NCBI GenBank assembly: GCA_964637025.1
Contig: CAZWTL010000003.1
Coordinates: 4,056 to 68,055, forward strand
DNA: 64,000 bases
Direction: 5' to 3'
From: an uncultured Syntrophaceae bacterium
GTDB taxonomy: Bacteria > Desulfobacterota > Syntrophia > Syntrophales > UBA5619
Shown here: piece after piece, positions 1 to 10,133 of the stretch
Layout: each line of letters opens with the position of its first letter
How positions within the stretch are numbered: position 1 is the stretch's first letter
Notes under the pieces: generated by a model
Seen by the model: only the letters and a program-made list of their open reading frames with translations
Told to the model about the DNA's origin: nothing
The model's database searches: none
Made by a program: the position numbers and the translations under genes

Positions 1-461
1 TGCCACCCATCGCCTGGATCTCCATCGCCATTCTCTGGTTCGGGATCGGTGAGACCTCAAAGGTCTTCATCATCGTCGTGGGAACATTTGTCCCCTGTCT
101 GCTCAACGCCTACAACGGCGTCAGGCTGGTGGAGCCCGAGCTTTACGACGTGGTCCGGATGCTGGGAGGAACCCGTCGCGACGAGATTCTTCACGTCTGC
201 TTCCCGGCAGCATTTCCAGCGATATTTGCAGGACTGCAAATATCGCTGAGTATTGCATGGACTTGCGTGCTGGCCGCAGAACTGGTCAGTTCCCGTTCCG
301 GACTGGGATTCATCATCATCCTGGGCATGAATCTGTCACGTCCTGCATTGATCGTGGGAGGCATGGTGGTCATTGCCCTGGTGGCATGGGGGATGACGCT
401 GCTCGTGACAGGTCTGGAAAGGCTCGTCTGTCCCTGGAAGCGGGAGATCGAAGGGCTGTAA
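1..461 (+). CDS. ABC transporter permease, NitT/TauT (nitrate/sulfonate/taurine) family, 5'-truncated by window edge
   Basis: The frame is open from the window edge (frame 3) and ends at TAA 459-461. The translation ...IAWISIAILWFGIGETSKVFIIVVGTF...FPAIFAGLQISLSIAWTCVLAAELVSS looks like a TauC/SsuC-type permease core. The cognate ATPase gene follows 48 nt later. Confidence 0.8.
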   Translation, partial: PPIAWISIAILWFGIGETSKVFIIVVGTFVPCLLNAYNGVRLVEPELYDVVRMLGGTRRDEILHVCFPAAFPAIFAGLQISLSIAWTCVLAAELVSSRSGLGFIIILGMNLSRPALIVGGMVVIALVAWGMTLLVTGLERLVCPWKREIEGL

Positions 462-508
462 GGTCGCTTGTCCCACCAATCCACCGCAATCAGATTAAGG
501 AGAAGATC

Positions 509-1282
509 TTGGAGCAAACGGTCACAGCACCCAAAATAAAGTGTGAAGATATTTCTAAGGAATTCATCCAGAAGGGGAAGCAGCGGGTTCATGTGCTGGA
601 CCACATCAGCCTGGACGTGAAGGAAAACGAATTCGTCGTGATCCTGGGGCCGGGCCAATCGGGAAAGAGCACCCTGCTGCGCATCATCGCCGGTCTGGAA
701 ACCCCGACGGAAGGGCGCGTCCTTATCGACGGCCGGGAGGTGAAAGGTCCGGGACCGGACCGGGGTCTGGTCTTCCAGGGCTACATGCTTTTCGCCTGGA
801 AAACGGTCATGGGCAACGTGGAGATGGGCCCCAAACTGCGGGGCGTGCCGAAGAAAGAGCGGCGCGAAATCGCCGCCCATTACATCCATCTCGTCGGACT
901 GGACGGCTTCGAGAACCACTACCCCCACCAGCTCAGCGGCGGCATGAAGCAGCGGGTGGGGATCGCACGGGCCTATGCCAACAATCCCCAGGTCATGCTG
1001 CTGGATGAGCCCTTCGGCCAGCTCGACGCCCAGACCCGCTATTTCATGGAGAAGGAGACCGCACGCATCTGGGAAACCGAGAAGCGGACGATTCTTTTCG
1101 TGACCAACAATATCGATGAGGCAATCTATCTCGCGGACCGGATCGTCACCATGGTGGGCAAGCTGCCGGGCCGGATGGACGTCGTCTACGATGTCGATCT
1201 GCCCCGGCCGCGGGAACATACGGACATGGCGTTTCTCAAGCTCCGTCACGAGATCACCGAAGCCTCGGAGCTGACCCTTTAG
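509..1282 (+). CDS. ABC transporter ATP-binding protein, NitT/TauT family (TauB/SsuB-like)
   Basis: Walker A GPGQSGKST, signature LSGGMKQRV, Walker B VMLLDEPF. There is no in-frame ATG upstream, so I chose TTG 509, six nt after AAGGAG (497-502). The ORF-track frame is 257-1282. Confidence 0.85.
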   Translation: MEQTVTAPKIKCEDISKEFIQKGKQRVHVLDHISLDVKENEFVVILGPGQSGKSTLLRIIAGLETPTEGRVLIDGREVKGPGPDRGLVFQGYMLFAWKTVMGNVEMGPKLRGVPKKERREIAAHYIHLVGLDGFENHYPHQLSGGMKQRVGIARAYANNPQVMLLDEPFGQLDAQTRYFMEKETARIWETEKRTILFVTNNIDEAIYLADRIVTMVGKLPGRMDVVYDVDLPRPREHTDMAFLKLRHEITEASELTL

Positions 1283-1449
1283 GGGGTCGTCGATCCACAC
1301 CCGTCCGAGGGGTCTCCCCTGCCCTTCGCCGCTCAACGCGCCACAGGACGGGACTTGGCATCCGGGCATTCTTGAACGGTTTGAAAAAGGCAGGCCGCCC
1401 GCAAGTGCGGCGCCCGGCGCCGTGGCCAGAAACCAGGAGGTTTGGAGTC

Positions 1450-2841
1450 ATGAACGACAGGGATAGCATGCAGCAATACGTTGACGCATTGTTGAAACAG
1501 GATCGGGATTACCTCTGGCATCATCTGATGCAGCACAGGGTATTCGAGACGAGCGAACCCCCGGTCATGGTGGAAGGCCGGGGCCTGATCCTCAAGGACA
1601 TCCGGGGACGGGAGTACCTGGACGCCACGTCGGGCGGGGTCTGGTGCGTCAACGTGGGCTACGGACGGGATTCCATCGCCGATGCCGTCTGCACCCAGTT
1701 GAAGCGGATGCCTTACTATGCGGGCACCGCGGGGAACATCCCCACGATCCAGCTTGCCGGCAAGGTGATCTCGCTCCTGCCCGGGCTGGGGAAGGTCTTT
1801 TTTTCCAACAGCGGCTCGGAGGCGAATGAGAAGGCCTTCAAGATGGTCCGGCAGTACTTCCGCCTGAAATACAAAGACCGGGACAAGTACAAGATCCTTT
1901 ACCGCAACCGGGATTACCACGGCACCACGCTGGCGGCCCTGAGCGCGACTGGGCAGCAGGAGCGCAAGGAAAGCTACGGCCCGTTTCTCGAGGGTTTCGT
2001 GGAGTTTCCCCACGCTTGCTGCTACCGATGCCCCTTCGGCAAGACCTATCCCGGCTGCAACATCGAATGCGCCAGGGCCGTGGACGCGGTCATCCGGAAG
2101 GAGGGCCCCGACACGGTGGGCGCGATCATCGTCGAGCCCATTACGGCCGGCGGCGGCATCATCCCCCCGGTGAAGGAGTACTATCCGATCCTTCAGGAGA
2201 TCTGCCGGAAATACGAGGTTCTGATGATCATGGATGAGGTCGTCTGCGGTTTCGGCAGGACGGGGAAAATGTTCGGCCATCAACACTACGATGTGGACCC
2301 CGACATGGTGACCATGGCCAAGGGGATGGCCAGCGCTTACATGCCCCTCTCCGCAACGGTGGTCAAGAATGGCATCTTCGAGACCTTCCTCAACGACCCG
2401 GCCGACAAAATGGCCTATTTCCGGGACATCAGCACCTACGGCGGCTGCGCCGGCGCATGCGCCGCGGCCCTGGAGAGCACCCGGATCATCGAAGAGGAAC
2501 GCCTCTGCGAGAACAGCCGGATCGTCGGCGATTACCTGCAGGATCGACTGGAGGAGCTCAGGGCGTTCCCGATCGTGGGGGATGTACGGGGCCGGGGGCT
2601 CTTTGCCGGGATTGAATTTGTGGAGGATCGCCAGACGAAGCAACCGGTGTCGGAATCCTTTTTGGTACGCATCATCAAAGGCATTGCCGATCGTGGCGTT
2701 CTCGTGGGCAGGACCAACCGGAGCCTGCCGGGGCTGAACAACATCATCAACCTCGCACCGGCGCTGGTGGCTCAAAACGCCGACATCGACCGGATTGTGT
2801 CGGCCATCCGGGACGCCATCGCCCACGCGGGGACGCATTGA
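1450..2841 (+). CDS. Class III (omega) aminotransferase, taurine/beta-alanine:pyruvate aminotransferase-like
   Basis: ATG 1450 is preceded by AGGAGG (1435-1440). Motifs present: [21 protein letters not shown], and the PLP-lysine context VTMAKGMAS. The N-terminal YLWHHLMQH...[13 protein letters not shown] is typical of omega-amino-acid:pyruvate transaminases. Confidence 0.85.
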   Translation: MNDRDSMQQYVDALLKQDRDYLWHHLMQHRVFETSEPPVMVEGRGLILKDIRGREYLDATSGGVWCVNVGYGRDSIADAVCTQLKRMPYYAGTAGNIPTIQLAGKVISLLPGLGKVFFSNSGSEANEKAFKMVRQYFRLKYKDRDKYKILYRNRDYHGTTLAALSATGQQERKESYGPFLEGFVEFPHACCYRCPFGKTYPGCNIECARAVDAVIRKEGPDTVGAIIVEPITAGGGIIPPVKEYYPILQEICRKYEVLMIMDEVVCGFGRTGKMFGHQHYDVDPDMVTMAKGMASAYMPLSATVVKNGIFETFLNDPADKMAYFRDISTYGGCAGACAAALESTRIIEEERLCENSRIVGDYLQDRLEELRAFPIVGDVRGRGLFAGIEFVEDRQTKQPVSESFLVRIIKGIADRGVLVGRTNRSLPGLNNIINLAPALVAQNADIDRIVSAIRDAIAHAGTH

Positions 2842-3004
2842 TCGCACGGGAAGGCTTTCTCCATGCCGTCCCTCCCGGAGAGGGCCGCCGCAAAGGGCGG
2901 CGGCCCGGTGCCGGCACACCCCTTCAGGAACCGTCGTCCCCGTGCTTTCCCGGATCAACCGGCCGTTTCCCCGGGAGGCACGACATCACCGATCCATTGG
3001 AGGT

Positions 3005-4678
3005 ATGGACATGGCATTCACGGAAGACATTTCCCGCGAAGACCGGCCGTGGTTCCGTTCGTGGCCCGGCCATATGCCGAAGCACTTCGAATATCCGGAT
3101 GTTCCCGCTTGGTGGATTCTGGAGAAAAACCTGGAACGGTTCGCCGACCGGGTGGCCGTTTTGTTTCTTCATCATGAAACGCGGTCCGAACTGGATCGGC
3201 TGACCTACCGGCAACTCTGGGACAGGGCCAACGCGCTGGCTGCGGGCCTTGGCGACCTGGGAATCCGCAGCGGCGACCGCGTGGGGGTCCTGCTGCCCAA
3301 CTCCCCTTCCATCATCATCGGTTACTATGGAATCTGGATGGCGGGAGCGGCGATCACGCCCTGCAATGCCCTCGCCTCGAAAAAGGAGATTGCAAACCAG
3401 CTTCGGGACGCAGGGGCGAAAATTCTGATCGCCGCCGACCATATGGCGGATACGGCCATGTCCGCGGCACAAGGTCTGGGGATACCGGTCATTCTCGCCC
3501 CGGCGGGCGATCCGGCCGTCACGCCCCCCTCCGGGGTGATCCGTTTCGATGATCTTGTCCATACGGGACGGAGGCGGCCGGCCGACGTTGTCGTCCATCC
3601 CCGGGATGACATGGCCGTTCTGCTCTACACCGGCGGCACCACGGGCGATCCGAAGGGCGCCGTTCTGACGCACCGCAATATCGTCGCCAACACCATGCAG
3701 TTCGCCGAGTGGTACGCCCTGGATCCAGGAAAGGAAATCTTTGTCTGCACGATCCCCATGTCCCACAGCGGGGGCATGAGCGGGGTCATGAACGTCCCCC
3801 TTTACGGCGGGGCGACCCTGATCGTCATGAGGCGTTTCCTGGCGGAAACCGTGGCAGGCGTCATCGAAGCATACCGGGCCACACGCTTCTTCGGCGTGCC
3901 GACGATGTTCGTCGCCCTCTTGGGAAGCGAAAAGGCCAAAAGCTGCGACATGACCTCCCTCAAGGCCTGCCGGACGAACGCCTCCCCCCTGCCGGCGGCC
4001 GTGAAGCGGGACTTCGACCAGCTCGTCGGCAAGGAGGTCCTCATCGAAGGCTACGGCCTGACGGAGACCAGCCCCCTGACCCACGCCAACCCTGTTCACA
4101 AAGCCAAGGCCGGGTCCATCGGCATCCCCCTCACGGATACGGACGCGAAGGTCATCGATCTCCGGACCGGCGCCGATCTGGCCGTGGAGCAGGAGGGGGA
4201 ACTGGTGCTGCGGGGGCCGCAGATCATGAAAGGATACTGGGGCAAGCCCGAGGCCACCCAAACGGCCATGGCCGGGGGGTGGTTCCATACGGGCGACGTC
4301 GTCCGGATGGATGACGAAGGATATTTCTTCATCGTGGATCGGGTCAAGGACATGATCAACAGCGGCGGCTACAAGGTCTGGCCGCGGGAGGTCGAAGAGA
4401 TCCTGTATGCCCACCCCAAGGTCCGCATGGCCATGGTCTTCGGAATCGCCGACGACTATTACGGGGAAACCGTCAAGGCCTGCATCGTCCCCAAGGAGGA
4501 GGCAAAGGAAACCATTACCCGGGAAGAGATCACGGCCTTCTGCAAGAAAAAGATGGCATCCTACAAGGTGCCGAAGCACATCGAATTCCGCGACAGTCTG
4601 CCGGTCAGCGCCCAGGGCAAGATGCTCCGGCGCCTGATGCGGGACGAGGCCAAACGCGATCCGGACGGATGCTCTTGA
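3005..4678 (+). CDS. AMP-forming acyl-CoA synthetase/ligase (ANL superfamily), substrate unknown
   Basis: ATG 3005 follows GGAGG. ANL motifs: LLYTGGTTGDPKGAVLTHRN, GYGLTETS, WFHTGDV, SGGYKVWPREVE, and a C-terminal GKMLRR lysine. The ORF-track frame 2795-4678 was trimmed to the first ATG with an RBS. Confidence 0.85.
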   Translation: MDMAFTEDISREDRPWFRSWPGHMPKHFEYPDVPAWWILEKNLERFADRVAVLFLHHETRSELDRLTYRQLWDRANALAAGLGDLGIRSGDRVGVLLPNSPSIIIGYYGIWMAGAAITPCNALASKKEIANQLRDAGAKILIAADHMADTAMSAAQGLGIPVILAPAGDPAVTPPSGVIRFDDLVHTGRRRPADVVVHPRDDMAVLLYTGGTTGDPKGAVLTHRNIVANTMQFAEWYALDPGKEIFVCTIPMSHSGGMSGVMNVPLYGGATLIVMRRFLAETVAGVIEAYRATRFFGVPTMFVALLGSEKAKSCDMTSLKACRTNASPLPAAVKRDFDQLVGKEVLIEGYGLTETSPLTHANPVHKAKAGSIGIPLTDTDAKVIDLRTGADLAVEQEGELVLRGPQIMKGYWGKPEATQTAMAGGWFHTGDVVRMDDEGYFFIVDRVKDMINSGGYKVWPREVEEILYAHPKVRMAMVFGIADDYYGETVKACIVPKEEAKETITREEITAFCKKKMASYKVPKHIEFRDSLPVSAQGKMLRRLMRDEAKRDPDGCS

Positions 4679-4737
4679 AGGTCAGGCACGCTTCCCTCGT
4701 TTGCAGGGAAGATCACGAACGACCAAGGAGGTAATCT

Positions 4738-5715
4738 ATGAAAAGGAGATGCATGCGGTTGTTGTGGTGGGGGGCCCTGCTGGCCGCGGCCAGTTTTGCC
4801 CTCGGATTTGCCGGAAGCGCCGCCATGGCCCAGGACCAATTTCCCTCCCGGGCGATCGAGTACATCGTCCCCTGGGGGCCGGGCGGCGGCGCGGATCAGC
4901 TCGCCCGGAAAACGGGCGTCCTGATGGAGAAGGCGCTGAACGTCCCGTTCCCGGTGATCGACGTTCCCGGAGCCACGGGCGGAACAGGCCTTGCGAAACT
5001 TCTGGCCGCGCCGGCCGACGGCCACTCCATTGCCGTCTATATCGCGGATTCCCACGCCGTGCTCGCGACCTCGACGGCCAACTGGAAGATGTCCGACATC
5101 ATGCCGGTGGCGCGGCTTATCCTGGGCCCCTCCTTCCTGTTCGTTGCGGAAAACAGCCGCTTCAAATCCTGGGCGGATTTCGAAAAGGAGGCGAAGGCGA
5201 AGCCCGGAACCCTCAAGGTGGCGACCCTGGGGTTCGGCAGCGTCGACGACATCACGCTGACCTACCTGGAGGGCAAAGGGATCAAGGTCATCCAGGTGCC
5301 CTACTCCAAGCCCAGCGAGCGGTATGTTTCCGTTCTCGGCACCCACGTGGACGCCCTCTACGAGCAGGCCGGCGACGTGCGGCAGTATATCACCAGCAAG
5401 CAGATCAGGCCCATCATCATGTTCGGTTCCCAGCGCTTCCCGGCCTTCAAGGACGTTCCCTGCTCGAAGGAACTCGGCTACGAAGTCGGCCTGCCGCAGT
5501 TCCGCGCCATCGTCGCCAAGGCCGGAACGGACCCGAAGAAGATCAAGATCCTCTCCGACGCCTTCGGCAAGGTTGCGGCCACGGAGGAGTACAAGGCCTT
5601 CCTCGAGGAGCAGTATGCCACGGCGGACAGTTTCATGGACCATGAAGCGTGCACCCAATTCATCCTCTCCGAACTGGATTCCATGAAAAAGACCTGGGGG
5701 GCAAAGAAAAAGTAG
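4738..5715 (+). CDS. tctC: Tripartite tricarboxylate transporter (TTT) periplasmic substrate-binding protein, TctC/Bug family (system 1)
   Basis: Signal peptide MKRRCMRLLWWGALLAAASFALGFAGSAAMA. Bug-family core YIVPWGPGGGADQLARK...PGATGGTG. RBS AAGGAGG lies upstream. Confidence 0.85.
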   Translation: MKRRCMRLLWWGALLAAASFALGFAGSAAMAQDQFPSRAIEYIVPWGPGGGADQLARKTGVLMEKALNVPFPVIDVPGATGGTGLAKLLAAPADGHSIAVYIADSHAVLATSTANWKMSDIMPVARLILGPSFLFVAENSRFKSWADFEKEAKAKPGTLKVATLGFGSVDDITLTYLEGKGIKVIQVPYSKPSERYVSVLGTHVDALYEQAGDVRQYITSKQIRPIIMFGSQRFPAFKDVPCSKELGYEVGLPQFRAIVAKAGTDPKKIKILSDAFGKVAATEEYKAFLEEQYATADSFMDHEACTQFILSELDSMKKTWGAKKK

Positions 5716-5731
5716 CGATTTTTGCGGGATG

Positions 5732-5765
5732 GGTCCGTCTTCCGGTTTAGACCGGAAGGCGGACC
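5732..5765 (+). other. Intercistronic stem-loop between tctC and tctB (system 1)
   Basis: GGTCCGTCTTCCGGT (5732-5746), loop TTAG, ACCGGAAGGCGGACC (5751-5765). This gives a 15-bp stem with one G-U pair and no following T-run. Confidence 0.55.
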
Positions 5766-5789
5766 GTCCCATGGAAGGGATCGGATACC

Positions 5790-6320
5790 ATGACCATGGA
5801 AAAAATCAAAAAGATCGCTCCCTATGCCGTCGTTTTCGCGATCAGCGCCTATTTCTATTGCCTTGCCGGCCGGTTTGTCTTTTCAGCCCGCGCGGGGAAT
5901 CTGGGTCCGGACTTCTGGCCCAAGCTGCTCCTGGGTCTGACCATGGCGGTCTGTCTTTGGGAAATCGCCAAGATCGCCCTCACGGACCGGATGAAGGGGC
6001 GGGAGAAACCCGCCGAGGAGGGAAAAGGGGAAGCACCGAAGCGGTATTATGGGCTTCTCATCATCGGGACCCTCCTGACTGTCGCCTACGTCTGGTTCGT
6101 GGGCGTCGCGGGCTTCATCCTCTGCACGTTTCTCTATCTTGCCCTGTTCATGATCATCGGCCGCTACCGTAAAATCTGGGTGATCGCGGCCAACAGCATC
6201 GTGGGAACCATCCTGCTCATCTATATTTTCATGAAGGTGGTCTATGTCTCGCTTCCCCTCGGACAGGGGCCGTTCCAGCCATTCTCGCTGCTGGTCTTGA
6301 AAATGCTCGGAATCAAGTGA
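5790..6320 (+). CDS. tctB: TTT small membrane subunit, TctB family (system 1)
   Basis: 176-aa protein with four hydrophobic segments, placed between tctC and tctA. Its stop overlaps the next frame. Confidence 0.7.
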   Translation: MTMEKIKKIAPYAVVFAISAYFYCLAGRFVFSARAGNLGPDFWPKLLLGLTMAVCLWEIAKIALTDRMKGREKPAEEGKGEAPKRYYGLLIIGTLLTVAYVWFVGVAGFILCTFLYLALFMIIGRYRKIWVIAANSIVGTILLIYIFMKVVYVSLPLGQGPFQPFSLLVLKMLGIK

Positions 6321-6334
6321 CGCAAGGAGTTGCC

Positions 6335-7843
6335 ATGCTCGACATCTTTGGACATCTCGGACTCGGCTTCATCAATTGTTTTCAGCCCGTCAACCTGATC
6401 TTTCTCGTCGCGGGAATCGTCGTCGGGCTTCTGGTCGGAGTCCTTCCGGGACTGACCCTCGTCATGGGCGTCGTGCTGGCCCTCCCCTTCACCTATGCCA
6501 TGGACGTGACGCCCGCCATCGTGCTGCTGACGGCCATGTATGTTTCAGGCACCTATGGGGGCGCCCCCACGTCCATCCTCTTCCGGATCCCCGGCGAGCC
6601 CATCCATGTCCCCCTGCTGTGGGACGGCTATACCATGGCCAGGCAGGGCCAGGCGGCCAAGGCCCTGGGATGGACCATCTTTGCGGCCCTGGTCGGGGGG
6701 CTTTTTTCCGCGGTCGTGATGGTCACCCTTTCGGAGCCGGTCGCCAAATTCGCGCTGACCTTTTCCACGCCGGAATACTTCGCCATCGTCTTCTTCGGGC
6801 TGACGAGCGTCGTCTCCCTCGGGGGCGGATCCCTGACGAACGCCTTCATCAGCCTGTTTCTCGGGCTTCTCATCGCGACCGTGGGGGTGGACGCCACGTA
6901 CGGCACGCCCCGGTTCGCCTTCGGTTCCCCCATCCTGACGGACGGCATCGAGTTCCTGACCGTCATGGTCGGCGCCTACGGGGTGGGAGAGGTGCTGACC
7001 CGACTGGGCGAGGGATTCACCACGGTCCCGGTGGAGACCGTGGGGTCCATGAAGACCCGGATGCCCTCTTTCCGGGAGGCCTGGTCCATTGTGACGACGT
7101 TCCTCCGGAGTTCCGTTCTCGGCACGATCATCGGCATCGTCCCCGGCGCCGGGGCCACCATCGCCTCCTTCGTGACCTACGGCGTGGAATCCCAGTACGG
7201 AAAACGCAAGGCGGAAATGGGCACCGGCATCCCCGAGGGGATTGTCGCCCCCCAGGCGGCCGCCACCGGTTCCGTCGGCGGCGCCCTCATTCCCCTCCTG
7301 ACCCTGGGCGTTCCCGGAAGCGGGGCCACGGCGGTGATCCTCGGGGCCTTTCTCCTCCACGGGATCCAGCCGGGCCCCCAGGTGTTCATCACCTCCGCCG
7401 GCATGGTCTATACCGTGTTTGCCTCGCTGTTCCTGGGCGTCATCCTGATGAGCGTCATCGGGTATTTCGCCATCAAGCCGCTGGTGAAGATCCTCGATTT
7501 CCCCGAATCCGTCGTTTCGACCTTCATCATGGTCCTATGCTTCATCGGGGCCTTCTCCATACGGAACAGCATATCCGATCTCTGGCTCATGGTGTTTTTC
7601 GGCGTGGTGGGGTACGTCTTCGAAAAGATCCGGTTCCCCATCGCCCCGATGGTCTTGGGCACGATCCTGGGCCCCCTGGCGGAGAGCTCCTTCATGACGA
7701 CAATGATCAGCTTCCAGAACGACTGGACCATCTTTTTCCGTCGCCCCATCAGCGGCACCATCATGGTGCTCACGGTTATCGCCCTCGTCCTGCCCCTCAT
7801 GAGAAGATTCCGCAACCTGCGGAACACGAAACCGGCAGTCTGA
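6335..7843 (+). CDS. tctA: TTT large permease subunit, TctA family (system 1)
   Basis: About 500-aa polytopic protein with TctA-like segments GVLPGLT...YGGAPTSILFRIPGEP and GIVPGAGATIASFVTYG. ATG 6335 follows AAGGAG (6324-6329); GTG 6317 is an alternative start. Confidence 0.85.
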   Translation: MLDIFGHLGLGFINCFQPVNLIFLVAGIVVGLLVGVLPGLTLVMGVVLALPFTYAMDVTPAIVLLTAMYVSGTYGGAPTSILFRIPGEPIHVPLLWDGYTMARQGQAAKALGWTIFAALVGGLFSAVVMVTLSEPVAKFALTFSTPEYFAIVFFGLTSVVSLGGGSLTNAFISLFLGLLIATVGVDATYGTPRFAFGSPILTDGIEFLTVMVGAYGVGEVLTRLGEGFTTVPVETVGSMKTRMPSFREAWSIVTTFLRSSVLGTIIGIVPGAGATIASFVTYGVESQYGKRKAEMGTGIPEGIVAPQAAATGSVGGALIPLLTLGVPGSGATAVILGAFLLHGIQPGPQVFITSAGMVYTVFASLFLGVILMSVIGYFAIKPLVKILDFPESVVSTFIMVLCFIGAFSIRNSISDLWLMVFFGVVGYVFEKIRFPIAPMVLGTILGPLAESSFMTTMISFQNDWTIFFRRPISGTIMVLTVIALVLPLMRRFRNLRNTKPAV

Positions 7844-7852
7844 GTTTTTCAT

Positions 7853-7895
7853 CCGGATTCCGGCATGTTGACCGCCGGAATCCGGCCGTTCTTTT
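7853..7895 (+). terminator. Hairpin terminator candidate after tctA (system 1)
   Basis: Perfect 11-bp stem CCGGATTCCGG (7853-7863) / CCGGAATCCGG (7875-7885), followed by the T-rich CCGTTCTTTTC. Confidence 0.6.
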
Positions 7896-8050
7896 CAAGG
7901 AATCGGCGTGACCGACAGGCGCGATCCATGCGTCGTCAAAAGACGGGCCCTTGGCCCGGATTTTGAAGCCAACTTTTTGGAGATTTCCCTTGACAGGGCG
8001 TTTCCGCAGGGATACTGTTCATCCGTAAATTTTAATTTGTCCAGCAGGTC

Positions 8051-8542
8051 ATGGAAACCAAGGCACCGAAACCGGGCAAAAAAATAAGCCATTACAATCG
8101 CATATCGGCCCTTTTCTTTACCGGGGTCGGAGTTTTTTTCTCGTTCTACGGACGGACGGTGGAGGTCGGAGCCTGGAGCGAACCGGGCCCGGGTTTCATG
8201 CCCTTCTGGGCGGGAATCGTCCTGGCCTCAATGTCCCTTTCCCTTTTCTTGGGAAGTTTCAAGCGGCAGGACTGGCAGACCCTGCCGCCTTTCTTTCCTC
8301 GCGCCGATTCCTGGAAGCGGGTGACCAAGGCCTTCCTGGCCATGGTCGCCTACCTGCTTTTTTTTAAGGTGCTGGGCTTCACGCTCTCGACCTTTGTGTT
8401 CATCGCATTTTTGCTCAAAACCGTCTTTCCCCAGAATTGGACGCGCACCCTGATCACGGCATCCGCAACCGCGATTCTGGCCAGGCTGCTTTTCGTGAAC
8501 TTTTTGGAAACCCAGCTCCCCGTTGGATTCCTGGGCTTTTGA
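8051..8542 (+). CDS. tctB: TTT small membrane subunit, TctB family (system 2)
   Basis: 163-aa protein with four hydrophobic segments, immediately upstream of a TctA homologue. Confidence 0.7.
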   Translation: METKAPKPGKKISHYNRISALFFTGVGVFFSFYGRTVEVGAWSEPGPGFMPFWAGIVLASMSLSLFLGSFKRQDWQTLPPFFPRADSWKRVTKAFLAMVAYLLFFKVLGFTLSTFVFIAFLLKTVFPQNWTRTLITASATAILARLLFVNFLETQLPVGFLGF

Positions 8543-8548
8543 TCGACT

Positions 8549-10066
8549 ATGGATCTGCTGAATCACATCGCTCTCGGCGCCCAGGTCCTTTTCACACCGA
8601 CCAATCTCCTGTTTTGCTTCATCGGCGTTCTGATGGGGACGCTGGTCGGCGTGCTGCCGGGTCTGGGGCCCACGGCCGCCATTGCGCTGCTGCTGCCCAG
8701 CACCTTCCACATCCCCCCGGTCACGGCGATCATCATGCTGGCGGGGATTTACTACGGGGCCATGTATGGAGGATCGACCACATCGATCCTGGTCAACATC
8801 CCCGGAGAGGCGGCCTCGGTCATCACCTGCCTCGACGGTCACCAGATGGCCCTCAATGGGCGCGCGGGACCGGCCCTGGGAATAGCCGCCTTCGGCTCCT
8901 TCATCGCCGGAACGATTTCCATCATCGGCCTGATGCTCGTGGCCCCGCCCCTGGCAAAGTTCGCACTGGCCTTCGGACCGCCCGAATATTTCGCCCTGAT
9001 GCTCCTGGGCATGGTGGTGCTGATTTACCTGGCAGCGGGATCGATGCTGAAGGCCTTGATGATGGGCGTCTTCGGTCTGCTGCTCAGCACCATCGGGATG
9101 GACAGCATCTCGGGGACCCAGCGCCTGACCTTCGGCCTCCTCGAATTCAGCGACGGCGTAGGCCTGATCCCGGCGATCATGGGCCTGTTCGGGGTGGCCG
9201 AGGTGATCGCCAACCTCGAGGAGGGGATTACGCGAAGCGTGGTGACCACCCGGGTCAGGGACCTGCTTCCCAACCTTGAGGACTGGAAACATGCCATCCG
9301 GCCGATTCTGAGGGGATCGTTTCTGGGATTCTTCATCGGCGTTCTCCCCGGACCGGCGCCGGTCATCTCCGCCTTCAGTTCCTACGCAATCGAAAAGAGA
9401 CTCTCGAAATACCCGGAGCGGTTCGGGACCGGCGTCATCGAAGGGGTGGCCGGGCCGGAGTCGGCCAACAATGCCGCCACCGGGGGGGCCTTCATCCCGC
9501 TGTTCACCCTGGGCATTCCGTGCAACTCGGTCATCGCGATTCTGCTGGGCGCCTTCATGATCTACGGGATCCAGCCGGGACCGATGATGATTTCCAAATA
9601 CCCGGACCTCTTCTGGGGAACCCTCATGAGCATGTATCTGGGCAACGCGATGCTTCTGGTGCTGAATCTGCCCCTGATCGGCCTCTGGGTGCAGGTATTG
9701 AAGGTGCCTTATCCGATCCTGTTTCCCATCATTCTGCTCTTCTGCATCATCGGGGTCTTCAGCCTGAATTACAGTTCCGTGGAAGTGGCCATGATGATCG
9801 GATTCGGCGTCTTCGGCTACCTGGCCCGCAAGTTCCAGTACGAAATGGCGCCCCTGGTCCTGGCGCTGGTGCTGGGCCCGATGATGGAAAACAACGTCCG
9901 TCTCTCCCTGGTCATCTCTCAGGGTGATCCGATGATCTTCCTGACGCGCCCCATCTCAGCCGGGCTCATGGTCTTGACCTTCATCCTGCTGGTTTCCCCT
10001 TTCATTCCCTGGATCGGCAGGCGCCGCAAGAAACTCCATGAAAGGGTGCGGGGTGAAGGGGTGTGA
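8549..10066 (+). CDS. tctA: TTT large permease subunit, TctA family (system 2)
   Basis: 505-aa polytopic protein, paralogous to 6335-7843 (GVLPGLGPT...[33 protein letters not shown]). Confidence 0.85.
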   Translation: MDLLNHIALGAQVLFTPTNLLFCFIGVLMGTLVGVLPGLGPTAAIALLLPSTFHIPPVTAIIMLAGIYYGAMYGGSTTSILVNIPGEAASVITCLDGHQMALNGRAGPALGIAAFGSFIAGTISIIGLMLVAPPLAKFALAFGPPEYFALMLLGMVVLIYLAAGSMLKALMMGVFGLLLSTIGMDSISGTQRLTFGLLEFSDGVGLIPAIMGLFGVAEVIANLEEGITRSVVTTRVRDLLPNLEDWKHAIRPILRGSFLGFFIGVLPGPAPVISAFSSYAIEKRLSKYPERFGTGVIEGVAGPESANNAATGGAFIPLFTLGIPCNSVIAILLGAFMIYGIQPGPMMISKYPDLFWGTLMSMYLGNAMLLVLNLPLIGLWVQVLKVPYPILFPIILLFCIIGVFSLNYSSVEVAMMIGFGVFGYLARKFQYEMAPLVLALVLGPMMENNVRLSLVISQGDPMIFLTRPISAGLMVLTFILLVSPFIPWIGRRRKKLHERVRGEGV

Positions 10067-10133
10067 CTGCAAGGTATGGATTATTGCTCGAACAGGCGAT
10101 AACCAAATAAAAACTTTCAGAAAGGATGGATCT

